A stretch of 64,000 nt of DNA from Phycisphaerales bacterium (GTDB lineage Bacteria > Planctomycetota > Phycisphaerae > Phycisphaerales > UBA1924). Positions within the stretch are counted from its first letter, which is position 1; each line of letters starts with the position of its first letter. The stretch covers positions 2,240,001 to 2,304,000 of the forward strand of contig OZ245777.1 of assembly GCA_965227775.1 (NCBI GenBank), given 5' to 3'. Below, piece by piece: positions 28,249 through 37,874 of this stretch. The notes under the pieces are model-generated. The model made no database searches. It saw nothing but the letters and a program-made list of their open reading frames with translations, and was not told the origin of the DNA. The position numbers were made by a program, and so were the translations under genes.

Positions 28249-30204
28249 ATGCGATGTTGGACCCTGCTGATGCTGTTCGCGCTCGCCTCGCTGGCGGTCG
28301 CCCGCCAGGCCGAGACCGAGCAGCAGCGATTTGAAGACCTGCAACCCGCTCAGAAGCTCGGCGCCCGCGTGCGGTCGGTCGATCGGGCGGTGGGGGTGGC
28401 GCCTGTCGTAGTCATCGTGCCCGACGAGCGGAGTTTCGTTGCGGCCATCTCCCGCTGGTCGCCGGCCAGCCGATTCCCCGTGCTGCTCGATGATGGCACG
28501 CCCGAGGCGCGCGAGTCAATCGCCCGCTTCGTCAACGCCTTCGATCCGCAGCGTGTCCTGCGATGGGAAGCCGAGGACGGTGGCGAGCCCTGGACGTCGT
28601 CGGTGCGGCGTGAGGCCATCGAGACTGCCGTCGTGTCGGCGTGGGGCGGGAGCCTGCCAGATGATCAAGAAGCCATGCCGGCGTTGATCGAGCGTTGGCG
28701 ATCATTGGATGCGCCGCCGCCGGGCGTGGTGGTGGTGGGGCAGAGCGAGAGTGCTTGGCCTGCGGCGCTCGCGCTCTCGGCCGCCCGCATGCAGCCCATC
28801 GTGTGGCTCAGCGCGCCGGGGGGCATCAACCAGACGATCTCAGAGGCGCAAGCCGACTCGTTCTGTGCGGCGCTCGAGGACTCGCTGACAGCGCTGGGGC
28901 TGGAATGGTCGAAACTCGGCGACGAGATCGACGCTGTCACGCTCTGCATGAACGCGCCCGCGCGTCACGTCAGCGACCAGCATGGCACGACCGCTTTCAC
29001 CGATCGCGTCGGGCGTTCGGGCTCGGCGAGTTCCACCGCGCCGCGTTGGGCGTGGGCGGGTCACATCTTCGGTTCTTCGGCTTTGGCCGCCTCCAAGGCG
29101 ATGGCGTCGATCTTCCTGCGGACGGAGAGCGCGTGGCTATTCGATACCTATCCGAGTAATCCGCCGTGGTCGAACTACGCGCTCGCGCCCGCGGGTGGGA
29201 TGTACGGCCAGATGGGGCTGGTTGTGGAACGCAACGAACCGAACGAGCAGGGCCTGGCCAACTTCCTCGCTCGCGCGGGCGAGCCCGTCGAGGCCCAACT
29301 GGTTGCGATGAACACCAAGGGCCGCATGAGCGAGTTTGCGCTATCGCCCGGCATGGCGGCAGGCCGCGACGTTCCTATCTTGAGCACGCCAGCGGCGGTG
29401 GCGATTGTCCACTCCTTCTCGGCGCAGCGGCCCGGGGTGAAGACGAGCGTTGCCGGCGCGTGGTTGACGCGTGGCGCCTTCGCGTTTCTGGGCTCGGTCG
29501 ACGAACCGGGCTTGCAGAGCTTCGTGCCCCAGTCGATCTACGCGGCCCGACTGGGCTCGCTGTTCCCATTCGGTGCCGCCGGGCGCGAGGACGGGCTGCT
29601 CGAGAACCGCAAGGTGGCTGTATTCGGCGACCCGCTGTGGATGCTCGACCCCCAACCGCGAAAGCCGGCCGAGACAGTACCGGACTTCTCTGGAGCAACG
29701 ACACTCGAGTCGCTGGCCCAGGACGCCGTCGATTCGGGCGACTTGAGCGGCGCGGCGTGGTTGCTGCGCATGGCGGGTCGGCGCGAGACGCTCGTCGATC
29801 TTGCCCTGGCGACGCTTCGCGACGAGCCCGGCCGGGTGGATGAACAGATGGCCGAGGCATCGATCCACGCGCTCTTCGAGGTCGGCGAGCGTCGCGCCGT
29901 CGCGGCGATGTTCGCACGGTTGCCAGCCAATCGCCAGCGCGACGTGGCAATAGAGGACCTTGCCTGGCACGCCCTGCGCCCGTTGCTGCGAGACCGCGAG
30001 GCCGCGGCCACCATGGCCCGCCTTCTCTCACCCCACATGCGCCCGCAGAAGCTGGCCGAAGATGCACGGGAGCTGGCCGAGGCGCTCCAACGAACGGGCA
30101 ACGTGGGCGAGGGACGGACCTTGCTTCGCACCGCACTGAATCGCGCTCGCAACGACGCGGAACGCGATGAGATCGAAGCCGCGTTGGCGAGCCTCGGCGG
30201 CTAG
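28249..30204 (+). CDS. Secreted protein with TIGR03790-like central/C-terminal region and helical tail
   Basis: Signal peptide; HSFSA..W.TRGA..FLGSVDEPGL..F..VFGDPL motif series (family recalled from memory). Confidence 0.6.
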   Translation: MRCWTLLMLFALASLAVARQAETEQQRFEDLQPAQKLGARVRSVDRAVGVAPVVVIVPDERSFVAAISRWSPASRFPVLLDDGTPEARESIARFVNAFDPQRVLRWEAEDGGEPWTSSVRREAIETAVVSAWGGSLPDDQEAMPALIERWRSLDAPPPGVVVVGQSESAWPAALALSAARMQPIVWLSAPGGINQTISEAQADSFCAALEDSLTALGLEWSKLGDEIDAVTLCMNAPARHVSDQHGTTAFTDRVGRSGSASSTAPRWAWAGHIFGSSALAASKAMASIFLRTESAWLFDTYPSNPPWSNYALAPAGGMYGQMGLVVERNEPNEQGLANFLARAGEPVEAQLVAMNTKGRMSEFALSPGMAAGRDVPILSTPAAVAIVHSFSAQRPGVKTSVAGAWLTRGAFAFLGSVDEPGLQSFVPQSIYAARLGSLFPFGAAGREDGLLENRKVAVFGDPLWMLDPQPRKPAETVPDFSGATTLESLAQDAVDSGDLSGAAWLLRMAGRRETLVDLALATLRDEPGRVDEQMAEASIHALFEVGERRAVAAMFARLPANRQRDVAIEDLAWHALRPLLRDREAAATMARLLSPHMRPQKLAEDARELAEALQRTGNVGEGRTLLRTALNRARNDAERDEIEAALASLGG

Positions 30205-30827
30205 CGCCTGGTTCGTGCGCGGGCGTTGGTGACCAGAGCGAGCGCCTGGGTAATCGACGCCTCCAGATCTTCGTTCACGAGAAAGTGCTCGTACACCCCG
30301 CTGGCTCTCGCCGCGGCGATCTCGCGTTTTGCTTCGGCGAAGCGGCGTTGGATGGCGCCTTCACTCTCACGCTTGCGGGCGCGAAGTCGATCGAGGAGTT
30401 CGTCCTCGCTGGGTGGCAGCACGAACAGCGCCAGGGCATCGGGCATCCTGGCCTTGATCTGCCGGGCGCCCTCGACATCGATGTCGCAGATGACGACTCG
30501 GCCGCGGCGCAACTGCTCGTCGACCCACGCCCTGGGTGTGCCATAGAGCCGACCAAAGACCTCGGCCCACTCGAGGAACTCGTCGCGATCGATCATCGCG
30601 CGGAACTCGGCCTCATCAACGAAGTGATAGTCCACGCCCTCGACGTCGGCGCTCGTCTGAGCTCGTGTTGTCGCCGAGACGCTAAAGAGTGCGTCGGGAA
30701 TCGCGCGGTCGACCGCTCGCGCGATGGTCGTCTTGCCCACGCCGCTCGGGCCGCTCATGACAACGAGGAGTCCGTCGTCGGTATCGGTCGGCAGTCTGTG
30801 CTTCGGTGGCTGCGTGGGCTCGGACAT
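30201..30827 (-). CDS. gmk: Guanylate kinase
   Basis: GPSGVGKT, SVSATTR, EGVDYHF, YGTP. Confidence 0.96.
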   Translation of the reverse strand: MSEPTQPPKHRLPTDTDDGLLVVMSGPSGVGKTTIARAVDRAIPDALFSVSATTRAQTSADVEGVDYHFVDEAEFRAMIDRDEFLEWAEVFGRLYGTPRAWVDEQLRRGRVVICDIDVEGARQIKARMPDALALFVLPPSEDELLDRLRARKRESEGAIQRRFAEAKREIAAARASGVYEHFLVNEDLEASITQALALVTNARARTRR

Positions 30828-30856
30828 GACCCACTGTAGCGAGCGGTCGGCAGGTT

Positions 30857-31171
30857 TCAGGTGCCGCCTTGGCCGCCGAGCACCTTCGGCACTTGGATGA
30901 ACGCACCGTCCATGCTTGGCGAAATCCTCTCGAGCGCCTCGTGCGGCGATTCGCCGCCGGCAACGTCTTCGGCCAGAGGCGCTTCGAGGTCGCTCGGGTG
31001 AGAGAGCGGCTGCACGTCTGAGAGGTCGATCGCGTCGAGCCCGCGTGCGTGGTCGAGGATCGATGCGAGATCGCGCGTCAGCGCCGGCACGTCGGCGTCG
31101 GACACCTCGAGCCGGGCCAGCCTCGCAACATTGCGGACGTCGATCTCGGAGTGCGGCGTGCCCTTGGACAT
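30857..31171 (-). CDS. gatC: Asp/Glu-tRNA amidotransferase subunit C
   Basis: VARLARL..ILDH..L..IDLSDVQPLSHP..FIQVPKVL. Confidence 0.92.
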   Translation of the reverse strand: MSKGTPHSEIDVRNVARLARLEVSDADVPALTRDLASILDHARGLDAIDLSDVQPLSHPSDLEAPLAEDVAGGESPHEALERISPSMDGAFIQVPKVLGGQGGT

Positions 31172-31185
31172 TTGGGATCGTACGG

Positions 31186-32265
31186 CTAGATCAGCCCGCC
31201 ATCTCGGACAATCGCACGATCGCGATCGCTGCGATCTTCGATCTGGGCGACCTCGTCCTCGGTCATCCAGGGCAGCAGCCGCAGGTGCTCTCGGAGCTTG
31301 TCGGGGAAGGGCTTGTCGAGCCGCTCGTGGCGCGGGCGACTCTTCCAGATGCGGTACATCCACAAGTACTGTTCGGGGGCCTCGCGCACGGCGGTCTCGA
31401 GCGCTCGGCGGTAGCGGGCGGTGAGATAGAACACTGGATCGGGGTGCTCCGACCAGTCTTCGGGCCCGAATGTGTCGTGGATGGTGAAGCGATACCGCGT
31501 ATCGCCGTCGTTGCTGGGGATGCGATGGGCCGCGCCGCAAATGATGACCGCCCCGAACTTCATAGCCAGCAGCCCGATCGACTTGTAGCTGCTGGCCAGT
31601 CGGCCGAAGTACGGCACGAACACGCCACGCTCACCCGCATTCTGATCGGCGACAAAGGCCGGGCATGCTCCCTGCTCCATGAGCTTCGGTAGCTGGTGCA
31701 TGGCGCCGAACTTGTCGACCATGATCACGCCCGGACGGCTGCGCTCGCGGCGGATCCAGCGGTCGAGAGGCTCGAAGTCCATCGGCCGGTAGATCGCGTG
31801 CATTGGAATGCCCAGCAGAGCCGCGGTCGTTGCGAGCACCTCCCAGTTGCCGCAGTGCCCGGTCATGAGGATGCAGGGCCGCCCCGACACGATCGCGTTG
31901 AGCCCGCGCTCGACGTTGTGGAACTCGACGTGGCCTAGCACGCTGTCTGTGCTCATGGTGCGAGGGCTGCGGGCCATCTCGGCACCGAGGAGGAACAGAT
32001 GCTGGTACGACTCGACGGCAAGCTGTTCAACTCGCTCCGGGCTGGCATCGGGAAACGCCATCCGAAGGTGTGCCCGTGCTCGGTCGAGCCGCTTGCTGTT
32101 CATCGCACGCGTGGCGTAATAGCACCCGGTCGATCGGGCAACGGCCCGGACCATGGGCCACGGTGGGGCCGCAAGCGATCCCACGAAAATGCGAAGGCCC
32201 GCCATCCCGGCGATGACGACGGGGGCGGGCAGTCCTCGGTTCGGAAGGTCCTTCTTGCGGGCCAC
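31186..32265 (-). CDS. Lipid A acyltransferase (LpxL/HtrB-like) family protein
   Basis: TGHCGNWE, VADQ..VFVPYFG, PEQYLWMYRIWK. Confidence 0.9.
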   Translation of the reverse strand: MARKKDLPNRGLPAPVVIAGMAGLRIFVGSLAAPPWPMVRAVARSTGCYYATRAMNSKRLDRARAHLRMAFPDASPERVEQLAVESYQHLFLLGAEMARSPRTMSTDSVLGHVEFHNVERGLNAIVSGRPCILMTGHCGNWEVLATTAALLGIPMHAIYRPMDFEPLDRWIRRERSRPGVIMVDKFGAMHQLPKLMEQGACPAFVADQNAGERGVFVPYFGRLASSYKSIGLLAMKFGAVIICGAAHRIPSNDGDTRYRFTIHDTFGPEDWSEHPDPVFYLTARYRRALETAVREAPEQYLWMYRIWKSRPRHERLDKPFPDKLREHLRLLPWMTEDEVAQIEDRSDRDRAIVRDGGLI

Positions 32266-32307
32266 GGCCTGTTATAGCACGCCCGCGAGGGACGATTTCA
32301 GATCGGC

Positions 32308-33681
32308 TTAGCGGATGTCACCGAAGGGCTTGCCAACGAGGGTGTAGAACCGGTTCTGGTTCAGCACGGGGATGCCCGCCGACACGGCGCTCTCGAACAG
32401 ACTGTCGTACCGCTCGACACGTGTCAGGGCTTCCTGGTACTGCATGATCTGGATCTCGGTCGCGGTGATGTCCGGCTCGGGTGGCAGTGTCGGGCGTGTG
32501 CCGAGCACGAGGAAGTCGACGTCGCCCGACAGTGACTCGACGATCGTGCCGTTCCAGTTGCGGATCGCGGCCTCGATCGAACGAGTCTCGCCGAAGCTCT
32601 CAAACCCGTCACCATCGGCGTCGAAGAAGCCGTACACCACGAACTTGTAGGTCTTGTTGGGGTCGTAAACCGCGTTGGCCACGACATCTCCCTGCAGCAG
32701 CGGGCGGCCAGCGACAGAACCGTTGATCCGAGCGATCGAGCGATCCTCGAGGACGCGGATGATCTCCAGGTTGGCCTTACCGCGTGGGTAGTTGCCTTGC
32801 GCGTCGGGCTTGATCTCTTGCGAGTCGTTGTACGCGGCGAAGGTCATGCCCAGCGTCACCTTGTCGCGCTCACCGCGGTTGATGGTGACCTGGCGATCGC
32901 GCTCGTTCACGGCGACGATCACGCCGTCGACCAGCGACTCCTCGGTACGCGGCCGTACGCCGGTGCTGCGGCCCTGGCCGCGGAGCTCGCGAACCTGCTC
33001 CTCGGCGGCGCGAAGGTCGGCGCGGGCCTGATCGAGCTGGTTGCCAAGGATCGACACGCGATCGTCGGCGCGGCTGCGGATGTCCGAGACGCGGCTGTCC
33101 ATGCTCAGGCGGGCCTGGCCGTAGTCGCTGCGGAGGCTCTCGACCTCGTCGCGATAGCCGGCCACTTCGGCGCTGAGGCTGTCGATGGTGTCCTGGAAGC
33201 CGGCCTCGATTGACGCCACGCGAGCGGTCTCGTTCGCGGCGTTCTCCTGGGCGCGGGTCACTGCGGCCTGCGCCTGGTTCAGGCGGGCCTGGAGGTCCTC
33301 GTTCTGGCGGACGGCATCGCGGGCGACCATCAGCAGGGCGCTGTCATCGGCACCGGGCACGCTGTCGAGCTTCGCGTTGAGCTGGGCCAGCGAGTCGCCG
33401 CCCACGCCGGTCACACGCTGCATGACATCACGGCGAGTGTCGACGAGGTAGCCGACCAGGCTCTTCCGCTCGGCTGCCGCTTGGGCCACAAGCTGGCGTA
33501 CCTGATCCTGCGAGCGCTCGGCCGGCTGGATGAACTCGGCCGTCGCGGCCTCCATGTTGTTCACGTCGCGCTTGGCCGCTTCGGCCTGGAAGTAGAACAC
33601 CACGGTGAGCACGAACAGCACCACCACAAGGATGCTCGAAATCGCGGCGAAGATCGCCATTCCTCCACCACGTCCGGCCAT
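32308..33681 (-). CDS. Membrane-anchored coiled-coil protein with beta-barrel segment and C-terminal BRCT-like domain
   Basis: N-terminal TM, ~200-aa coiled coil, INRGERDKV..G, KFVVYG..WNGTIVESLSGDVDFLVLG..AGIPVLNQNRF. Confidence 0.7.
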   Translation of the reverse strand: MAGRGGGMAIFAAISSILVVVLFVLTVVFYFQAEAAKRDVNNMEAATAEFIQPAERSQDQVRQLVAQAAAERKSLVGYLVDTRRDVMQRVTGVGGDSLAQLNAKLDSVPGADDSALLMVARDAVRQNEDLQARLNQAQAAVTRAQENAANETARVASIEAGFQDTIDSLSAEVAGYRDEVESLRSDYGQARLSMDSRVSDIRSRADDRVSILGNQLDQARADLRAAEEQVRELRGQGRSTGVRPRTEESLVDGVIVAVNERDRQVTINRGERDKVTLGMTFAAYNDSQEIKPDAQGNYPRGKANLEIIRVLEDRSIARINGSVAGRPLLQGDVVANAVYDPNKTYKFVVYGFFDADGDGFESFGETRSIEAAIRNWNGTIVESLSGDVDFLVLGTRPTLPPEPDITATEIQIMQYQEALTRVERYDSLFESAVSAGIPVLNQNRFYTLVGKPFGDIR

Positions 33682-33920
33682 CAGGGGCCCCCTTTGCTTA
33701 CTACAAGGGTTACTCGAGCGGTACCAAACCGATTCCGACAATAGGCCGAGCGGCCTCGCAAGCGGCACCGTACGCAGGTCTCATACGCCGGATCGGGCTT
33801 TCCTGTTGCCCGAGCCGGGGTGCCAAGTGTGGGCCACCAGAGCCCCCGGGTCAAGCCCGAGCCGCTCGGTGGGCGTGTCAGGCCCCTTGCCCGATGGGTG
33901 TCGGCGGCCAACCGTCATCC

Positions 33921-34277
33921 ATGGAAACCCAGCCACCACCTCCGCCGCAGCCTGCGGCTGCGCCGCCGCTTCATCCGCCAACAACGGCCGACACCACACC
34001 TTCGGCTCCGACTCCGGACGCCACCGGCGGCGTGATCCCCTACAAGAATCCGGCTGCGCTCATTGGCTATTACATGGGCATCGTCGGCTTGTTCCCAGCG
34101 TTTGGCCTGCCGCTTGCCGTCGCGGCGGTCGTGCTTGGGGTGGTTGGTCTACGCCGTCGTGCTCGAGGCCAGGCCTGGGGCGGCGTGGTCCACGCCTGGA
34201 TCGCCATCGCGCTGGGCTCGATCGCGACGCTCTACAACAGCTTCTTTGCGTTTACCATCGTGGCCGCGATGTTCTGA
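33921..34277 (+). CDS. DUF4190-like small membrane protein
   Basis: Pro-rich N-terminus, IPYKNP.ALIGYY, TMs, HAWIAIALG. Confidence 0.7.
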   Translation: METQPPPPPQPAAAPPLHPPTTADTTPSAPTPDATGGVIPYKNPAALIGYYMGIVGLFPAFGLPLAVAAVVLGVVGLRRRARGQAWGGVVHAWIAIALGSIATLYNSFFAFTIVAAMF

Positions 34278-34364
34278 GCCCGGCGCCGCGCTGACACGCG
34301 GCGGTGTGTTTTCCGATAAACGAAGCGACCGAACACCGATTCCGACCTCGGGGGAGCCGCCACC

Positions 34365-34859
34365 ATGGCCGAGTATTACTACACCGACGCCAACCGCCAG
34401 CCCGCTGGCCCCGTGCCGTTCGACGAGCTGCGATCGATGTTCCAGCAGGGCAAGCTCGCAAGCGGCGCACTCGTAGCCGAAGTGGGGGCCAGCGAGTGGA
34501 AGCCGGCAGCCGAGGTATTCGGAGCGGGTGTTGGCGCCGGTGGAGACGCTGGTGCTTCGGTGCCGCCTGTCAGCCCGACAGGCGAGATCGGCGTCGATGA
34601 TCCGTTCGAGCCTACGGCCGGCTGGGCGTTCGGTTTAGGGATCTCTTCCTGGGTATGCATTGGCATCCTGGGTGCCATCCCCGGCGTCATCCTGGGCCAC
34701 ATCGCGCTTGGGAGAATGAAGCGCGAGGGCAACCGCAACCAGACCGCCAAGGTGCTGGCGATCATCGGCCTGGTGCTCAGCTACATCCAGATCGGCCTCA
34801 CGGTCGTGTTCGCAGGGTTCTTCATCCTGGCGGCGCTGGCGGGCGGGCTCAACCCGTAG
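34365..34859 (+). CDS. GYF_2 + DUF4190 domain membrane protein
   Basis: YYY..GPV..EL..G.L..LV..G..EWKPA; AIPGVILGHIAL..LAIIGLVLSY; GGAG SD. Confidence 0.85.
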   Translation: MAEYYYTDANRQPAGPVPFDELRSMFQQGKLASGALVAEVGASEWKPAAEVFGAGVGAGGDAGASVPPVSPTGEIGVDDPFEPTAGWAFGLGISSWVCIGILGAIPGVILGHIALGRMKREGNRNQTAKVLAIIGLVLSYIQIGLTVVFAGFFILAALAGGLNP

Positions 34860-34861
34860 GC

Positions 34862-35998
34862 TCAATGCTTCACGATCGTCTCGGGCTCGTCTTGGGCTTC
34901 GGCGGCAGCCGCGACGTGATCCGCGGGGAACTCTTCGGGGTGTGGTCCGACGGGTGCGGGTTGCTTCCAGAGTGCGAAGAGAGGCGGCTTGCCCCGCGAA
35001 GCTCTGTGCTGGCTCCAGAGCATCGAGCCCGCTCCGGCGACCGCGATCGCTCCAGCGACCCACTGACCGCTGGTGAGCAACTCCTTGAACATCACTAGGC
35101 TGGCGATGCTCACCACAAACGGCTGCAACTGGATGACGCCATTCGCGACGGCGACGCCCAAGCGGTTGATCGACATGTAGTACGCCACGTGCCCTAGCGC
35201 GATGCCTATGACGCTACTGGCCAGCAGCAGCCAGAAGCCCAGAACGCTCAATGCACCATCGTCCGCCCACGCCTCGGGCAGCGCTGTCATCCCGTAGGCC
35301 GTTCCCAAGCCGAGCATCAGGCCCACCATCGCCAAGGCGGTGTACTGGCTGATGGCGGCGAAAGCGATGATCGAGTTCACCCCAACCATGTACTTGCGCA
35401 CGCTCAGGGCATAACAGGCGAAGAGACCGCCGGCCGCGATCGAGAGCGTCACGCCGACGAGGCGCGCCATCCCTGGATTGCCGGCTAGAACACCGCTCGC
35501 TTCGCTTGCGGTCGAGGGCTTATCAGGGGCGAACAAGATCGTTGCGCTCGTGCCGCCAACCACGAGCACGATGCCAAGCAGGAAGAGCGGCCGGCGGATG
35601 ACCTCGCGTTCGCTGACAAAGAGCAGCGCCGCACCAACCGTCACGAACACGATGTGGGCCCGCAATGCGAACGTCAGCATGCCCGGATCGAGCATGTAGT
35701 GAGCCCATGTGAAGCACACCTGCCCGACGATGTTGAATGCCGCGGGCACCAGCGCGAGTCTGAAGAGGCCCGCGGGCAGCTTCTTTCGCAAGCCAACGAC
35801 GATGAGGACAGGTAGCCAAATGAGGGCAGCAAAGCCGTATCGCCAGCCGTTGCTAGTCCAGCCGTCGATGTCCTCGGCAAAGTACCGCAGGAAGAGCGGT
35901 ATGCTCGACCAGCCCAGCAGCGTCAGAATGACCAGGAACACGCCGCCGAGCTGGCTCGGGGCGCTGCCATTCGATGGTTCGTCGCTCACCTGCGCCAC
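34862..35998 (-). CDS. DMT/EamA family transporter
   Basis: About 10 TMs in two EamA-like repeats. Confidence 0.85.
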   Translation of the reverse strand: MAQVSDEPSNGSAPSQLGGVFLVILTLLGWSSIPLFLRYFAEDIDGWTSNGWRYGFAALIWLPVLIVVGLRKKLPAGLFRLALVPAAFNIVGQVCFTWAHYMLDPGMLTFALRAHIVFVTVGAALLFVSEREVIRRPLFLLGIVLVVGGTSATILFAPDKPSTASEASGVLAGNPGMARLVGVTLSIAAGGLFACYALSVRKYMVGVNSIIAFAAISQYTALAMVGLMLGLGTAYGMTALPEAWADDGALSVLGFWLLLASSVIGIALGHVAYYMSINRLGVAVANGVIQLQPFVVSIASLVMFKELLTSGQWVAGAIAVAGAGSMLWSQHRASRGKPPLFALWKQPAPVGPHPEEFPADHVAAAAEAQDEPETIVKH

Positions 35999-36520
35999 TC
36001 AGGACGCGTCTTCTTCGACTCGGGGCTTGGGCTTGCGGGCGGGCGGCTTCGGCCGTGCGACGATCATCGTGACGAACGTCTGCAGGCTCACGGCAGCGAT
36101 CGCGACGAGCGCGCCACGGAGGTAGCCCTTGTCGTACTCGGGGTACTTGTTCTCGTCGAAGAACTTCTCGCGCGCCGCCGGCGTGTTGATGCCGCCACCC
36201 TGCACACGCTGCTCCCAGAGAGCCACGCCCTCCTGGTAGCTCTTGCTTGCCTCGTGGGCGACGTATGCCCGGTGGCCCACGGCGATGGCCACAAGCAGCG
36301 GGATGACGATGCCCGCGTGGATGCCGATCATCCCCACGAGACGGTTCTTGTGGATGAGCAGCGCCATGATGGCACAGCCCAGGCTCACGGCAGCAACCGC
36401 GATCGGCACGATCAGGGCCGTCGCGGCGTTGGCACCCTCGGGTGCGTCGCTGTATGCGAGGATGCCCAGAGCAACAACGAGAACGGCGTAGAGCACGAGG
36501 ATGGCAACGGCTTTGAACAT
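35999..36520 (-). CDS. Hypothetical 4-TM membrane protein
   Basis: Hydrophobic segments; TATCCT 6 nt upstream of ATG. Confidence 0.7.
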   Translation of the reverse strand: MFKAVAILVLYAVLVVALGILAYSDAPEGANAATALIVPIAVAAVSLGCAIMALLIHKNRLVGMIGIHAGIVIPLLVAIAVGHRAYVAHEASKSYQEGVALWEQRVQGGGINTPAAREKFFDENKYPEYDKGYLRGALVAIAAVSLQTFVTMIVARPKPPARKPKPRVEEDAS

Positions 36521-36552
36521 GCAGAGAGGATAGGACGGGTTCGCGGCAGTTG

Positions 36553-37650
36553 TTAGGCTTGGCTTCCAGCGTTGCGCTTCGCGCGTTCCGCTTCGATGGT
36601 GCTCAGCACGTCGGCCTGGTGGTCGGCGTGGTAGCTCGAACGGACGAGTGGCCCACTCTCGATGACCTTGAACCCTCGCTTGAGGCCCTCTTCCTTGTAC
36701 ATCGCAAAGGTGTCGGGGTGCACCCAGCGATCGATGGGAAGGTGGTTTCTCGTGGGCTGTAGGTACTGGCCGATGGTGAGGATGTCGCAGGAGTCATCGG
36801 AGCCGTCGGGGCCCTTGGCGCGGGTGCCCTCGAGGACCTCGTCAAAGAGGGCGAGCACCTCTTCGTCCTTCTCGCCGATCCCGACCATGATGCCCGTCTT
36901 GGCAACGCCGCCCTGTTCCTTTACGCGGCGTAGGAGTTCCAATGAGCGATCGAATTTCGCGCTCGGGCGCACGGCGGGGTACATGCGCCGGACGCACTCG
37001 AGGTTGTGGTTGATGATGTGCGGCTGGGCGTCGATGACCATCTGGAGCGCCGCCCAGTTCCCCTCGAAATCAGGAATGAGCACCTCGAGCGACATGCCCG
37101 GGCAGGCCTCGCGACCCCGCATGATGGTCTCGGCCCAGATGCCTGCACCACCGTCGGCCAATTCGTCCCGGTTCACGCTGGTGATGACCACGTGCTTCAG
37201 CTTGGCCTGCTGGTGCATGAGCCTAAGGCTCTCTGCAACGCGGCGGGGCTCGTCCTTATCAAGCACGGGAGGGCGGCCGGTCTTCACGTTGCAAAAGCCG
37301 CAGGCCCGCGTGCAGGTATCGCCCAGGATCATGATGGTGGCCACGCCCCGAGCCCAGCACTCGCCCATGTTGGGGCACCCAGCCTCCTGGCACACGGTGA
37401 ACAGACCGTGCTCGTCCATGATCGCCTTGACCTTCTCGTAGCCCGCGCCGCCGGGGAGCTTGGCCTTGAGCCAACTCGGCTTTCGCTTGTTGGCCAGATG
37501 CTGGGGCCCCTCGTTGTTCAGCACCTGGCTGGTGAGGCTCAGGATCGGCTTGTCAACGCGGCGTAAGGGATTGCCCCCTGCTGGACGAGGGTGCCGGGGC
37601 GTTGGGTTGGCAGGCGTCGGCTGGGAGTCGGCATGAGGAGCAACGGCCAT
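36553..37650 (-). CDS. lipA: Lipoyl synthase
   Basis: CQEAGCPNMGEC, CTRACGFC, GQYLQP, RSSYHA. Confidence 0.97.
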   Translation of the reverse strand: MAVAPHADSQPTPANPTPRHPRPAGGNPLRRVDKPILSLTSQVLNNEGPQHLANKRKPSWLKAKLPGGAGYEKVKAIMDEHGLFTVCQEAGCPNMGECWARGVATIMILGDTCTRACGFCNVKTGRPPVLDKDEPRRVAESLRLMHQQAKLKHVVITSVNRDELADGGAGIWAETIMRGREACPGMSLEVLIPDFEGNWAALQMVIDAQPHIINHNLECVRRMYPAVRPSAKFDRSLELLRRVKEQGGVAKTGIMVGIGEKDEEVLALFDEVLEGTRAKGPDGSDDSCDILTIGQYLQPTRNHLPIDRWVHPDTFAMYKEEGLKRGFKVIESGPLVRSSYHADHQADVLSTIEAERAKRNAGSQA

Positions 37651-37874
37651 CACTGAGGATAGGAAAGCCGGCCCCGTAAATTGTTCGGTTCTCGGGTGTT
37701 CCGACTCAGCCCGGGGCCGATTCGTGACGATGCAGGATTCGTGCCGACCTCGGGCGAACCCGGGGCTGGCCATGGAGTATGGCATCAGGCCGGGCTTTGT
37801 GGAGCCTCCGGCGGCTTTCGGGCATTGGCCTGATAACAATCGAGACCTTCGGCCGAGCCAAGGGTGGCTCGAGC

